Source: Cycas panzhihuaensis (taxonomy: Eukaryota > Plantae > Cycadophyta). From it: a stretch of DNA of 64,000 bases. The notes under the pieces were generated by a model. It did no database searches. It was not told the DNA's origin and saw nothing but the letters and a program-made list of their open reading frames with translations. The stretch is from contig CM041465.1 in assembly GCA_023213395.1 (NCBI GenBank), forward strand, positions 250,115,741 to 250,179,740, in the 5' to 3' direction. Shown piece by piece: positions 62,701-64,000 of this stretch (position 1 is its first letter; the number at the start of each line of letters is the position of its first letter). Position numbers and translations under genes: made by a program.

Positions 62701-64000
62701 ACTTTGGCCAAGAAAGCCAAAGCAATGATACATGCAAAAGGGCTATCTCTTTCCTATTGGGCAAAAGCATTCCACATAGCTACCTATATGGCCAATAGGA
62801 GTTCAGCTATAGCAATCACCGACATCACACTAGAGGAGGCTTGATTTGGCAAAAAGTCAACATTTAGCTATTTGGGGACTTTTGGGTGCACTACTTATAT
62901 GCAGATTTCCCATCAACAAAAGAAATTAGATCAGAATAATCTCAAATATATTTTTCTTGGTTATGCTCTTCACAATAAAACATATAAAGCATATGATCCA
63001 ATTATCAAGAAAATACACGTTTCTAGAGATGTAATCTTTATTGAAGAAAATGAGGAGTTGGAAACTTCATCCATCAATTCTCTTTTTGCAAAAGACAAGC
63101 AAATTATTGAGAACTTCCTTCCCTTACAATCTTCTACACTATATACATCTTTTACGCCTGACGCTTCTTCATCTACTTGTGCTCCATCTACTTCAGATAC
63201 AACTTCGCTTGATCTAAGTACTTCTTTTGTTGATCAACCAGTAAAACCAGAGGATATTGAGGTTGAAGCTACATCTATAAAGAAGCCACCTAAATAGTAC
63301 ACTTAGACAGTATATGATAGTTAGATTATAGAAGGAAAATATCTATCAAAATGAGGCAATAATCAGCCAATTATACACTTATGACTGATATACTTTATGT
63401 TGATGTGACTTCCACTTTTGAAGAGGACTAGTAAAAATGAGAAGTGGAAAGTTGTCATTCATGAGGATAATCGTTCTATTAAAACTAATGGAACTTTAGA
63501 TTTGGTAAAATTGCCTTACCAGAAAAAGGCAAACAAATGTAAAATGAGACAAAGTTCTATTGAGCATCACACAACTTGATGGGTGGTCAAAGGATTCAAA
63601 CAGAAAGAAGGCATTGACTATGGAGCAATCTTTGCACTTATGACACATATGCACACCATTAAATAAAGATTGACCCAATCTACTCAATGTAAGTGGTCAA
63701 TTCATCAGATGGACATGACGAGCGCCTTCCTCAACGATGACCCTACAGTAGAGGAATATTTAAAGCAACCTCCTAGCTAGTACAACATCTTATGTCTGAT
63801 TTAACATTGTAATCGTTAAGGGGGGCTATTAAACTTTTATGTTTAAATGTTAAGTGATGTACTTTATAATGTATTATTGTTATACTTTATGTTAGTGTGA
63901 CTTATCACTTAATGTGATAAAGTACATGCCCACATTCTTTCTAGTTGCACACTGTTGTAACTTGAAGGTTAATGTACTCTCATGCATTTGTACTCATAAG
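50727..64000 (+). mobile_element. Ty1/Copia element C (same family as B), degenerate, truncated within RT, hosting Copia D; 3' LTR runs off the window
   Basis: 5' LTR 50727-51275 with degenerate PBS; gag from 60724 (MVAINILNTCTVKLNGHDNY); integrase LVHTDLCGP; PPT aagggggg and 3' LTR from 63827 matching 50727. Confidence 0.88.
52821..60355 (-). mobile_element. Ty1/Copia element D (same family as B and C), degenerate full length
   Basis: LTRs 52821-53247 and 59814-60355, PBS gctctaatacca 59800-59811, gag ATG at 57448, integrase/RT/RNase H down to ~53250, degraded TSD TTCCC/TTATC. Confidence 0.92.

Overview
AT-rich plant nuclear DNA dominated by nested retrotransposons. A large-genome gymnosperm is likely (inferred from the plastid-insert sequence and repeat landscape). 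The only host gene is the last five coding exons of a peroxisomal 2-hydroxy-acid/glycolate oxidase (HAOX-type, C-terminal SML; 22146-26330). I found no earlier exon, so 1-22 kb may be one giant intron. That region holds a mosaic plastid insertion (rpl2-rps19, ycf1-like, trnA-UGC). Its rpl2 is split by a chromodomain Gypsy element (2859-19600), which in turn carries a full-length L1-type LINE with RNase H and a non-autonomous Copia-derived element. Downstream are a second copy of that non-autonomous family, an old deleted Copia, three members of one Copia family (nested in the old Copia, in a second Gypsy and in each other) and several tandem arrays. The most interesting signal is the non-autonomous family (4230-8619 and 26915-31829). 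The two copies share LTRs, PBS, a splice-bounded leader segment and a shrunken gag-pol relic. Each carries a different cassette of short, internally deleted host gene fragments (ARPC5 twice; HGO and ALDH2), and all four confidently identified fragments are antisense to the element. All identifications and identity figures are by eye; no searches were run.
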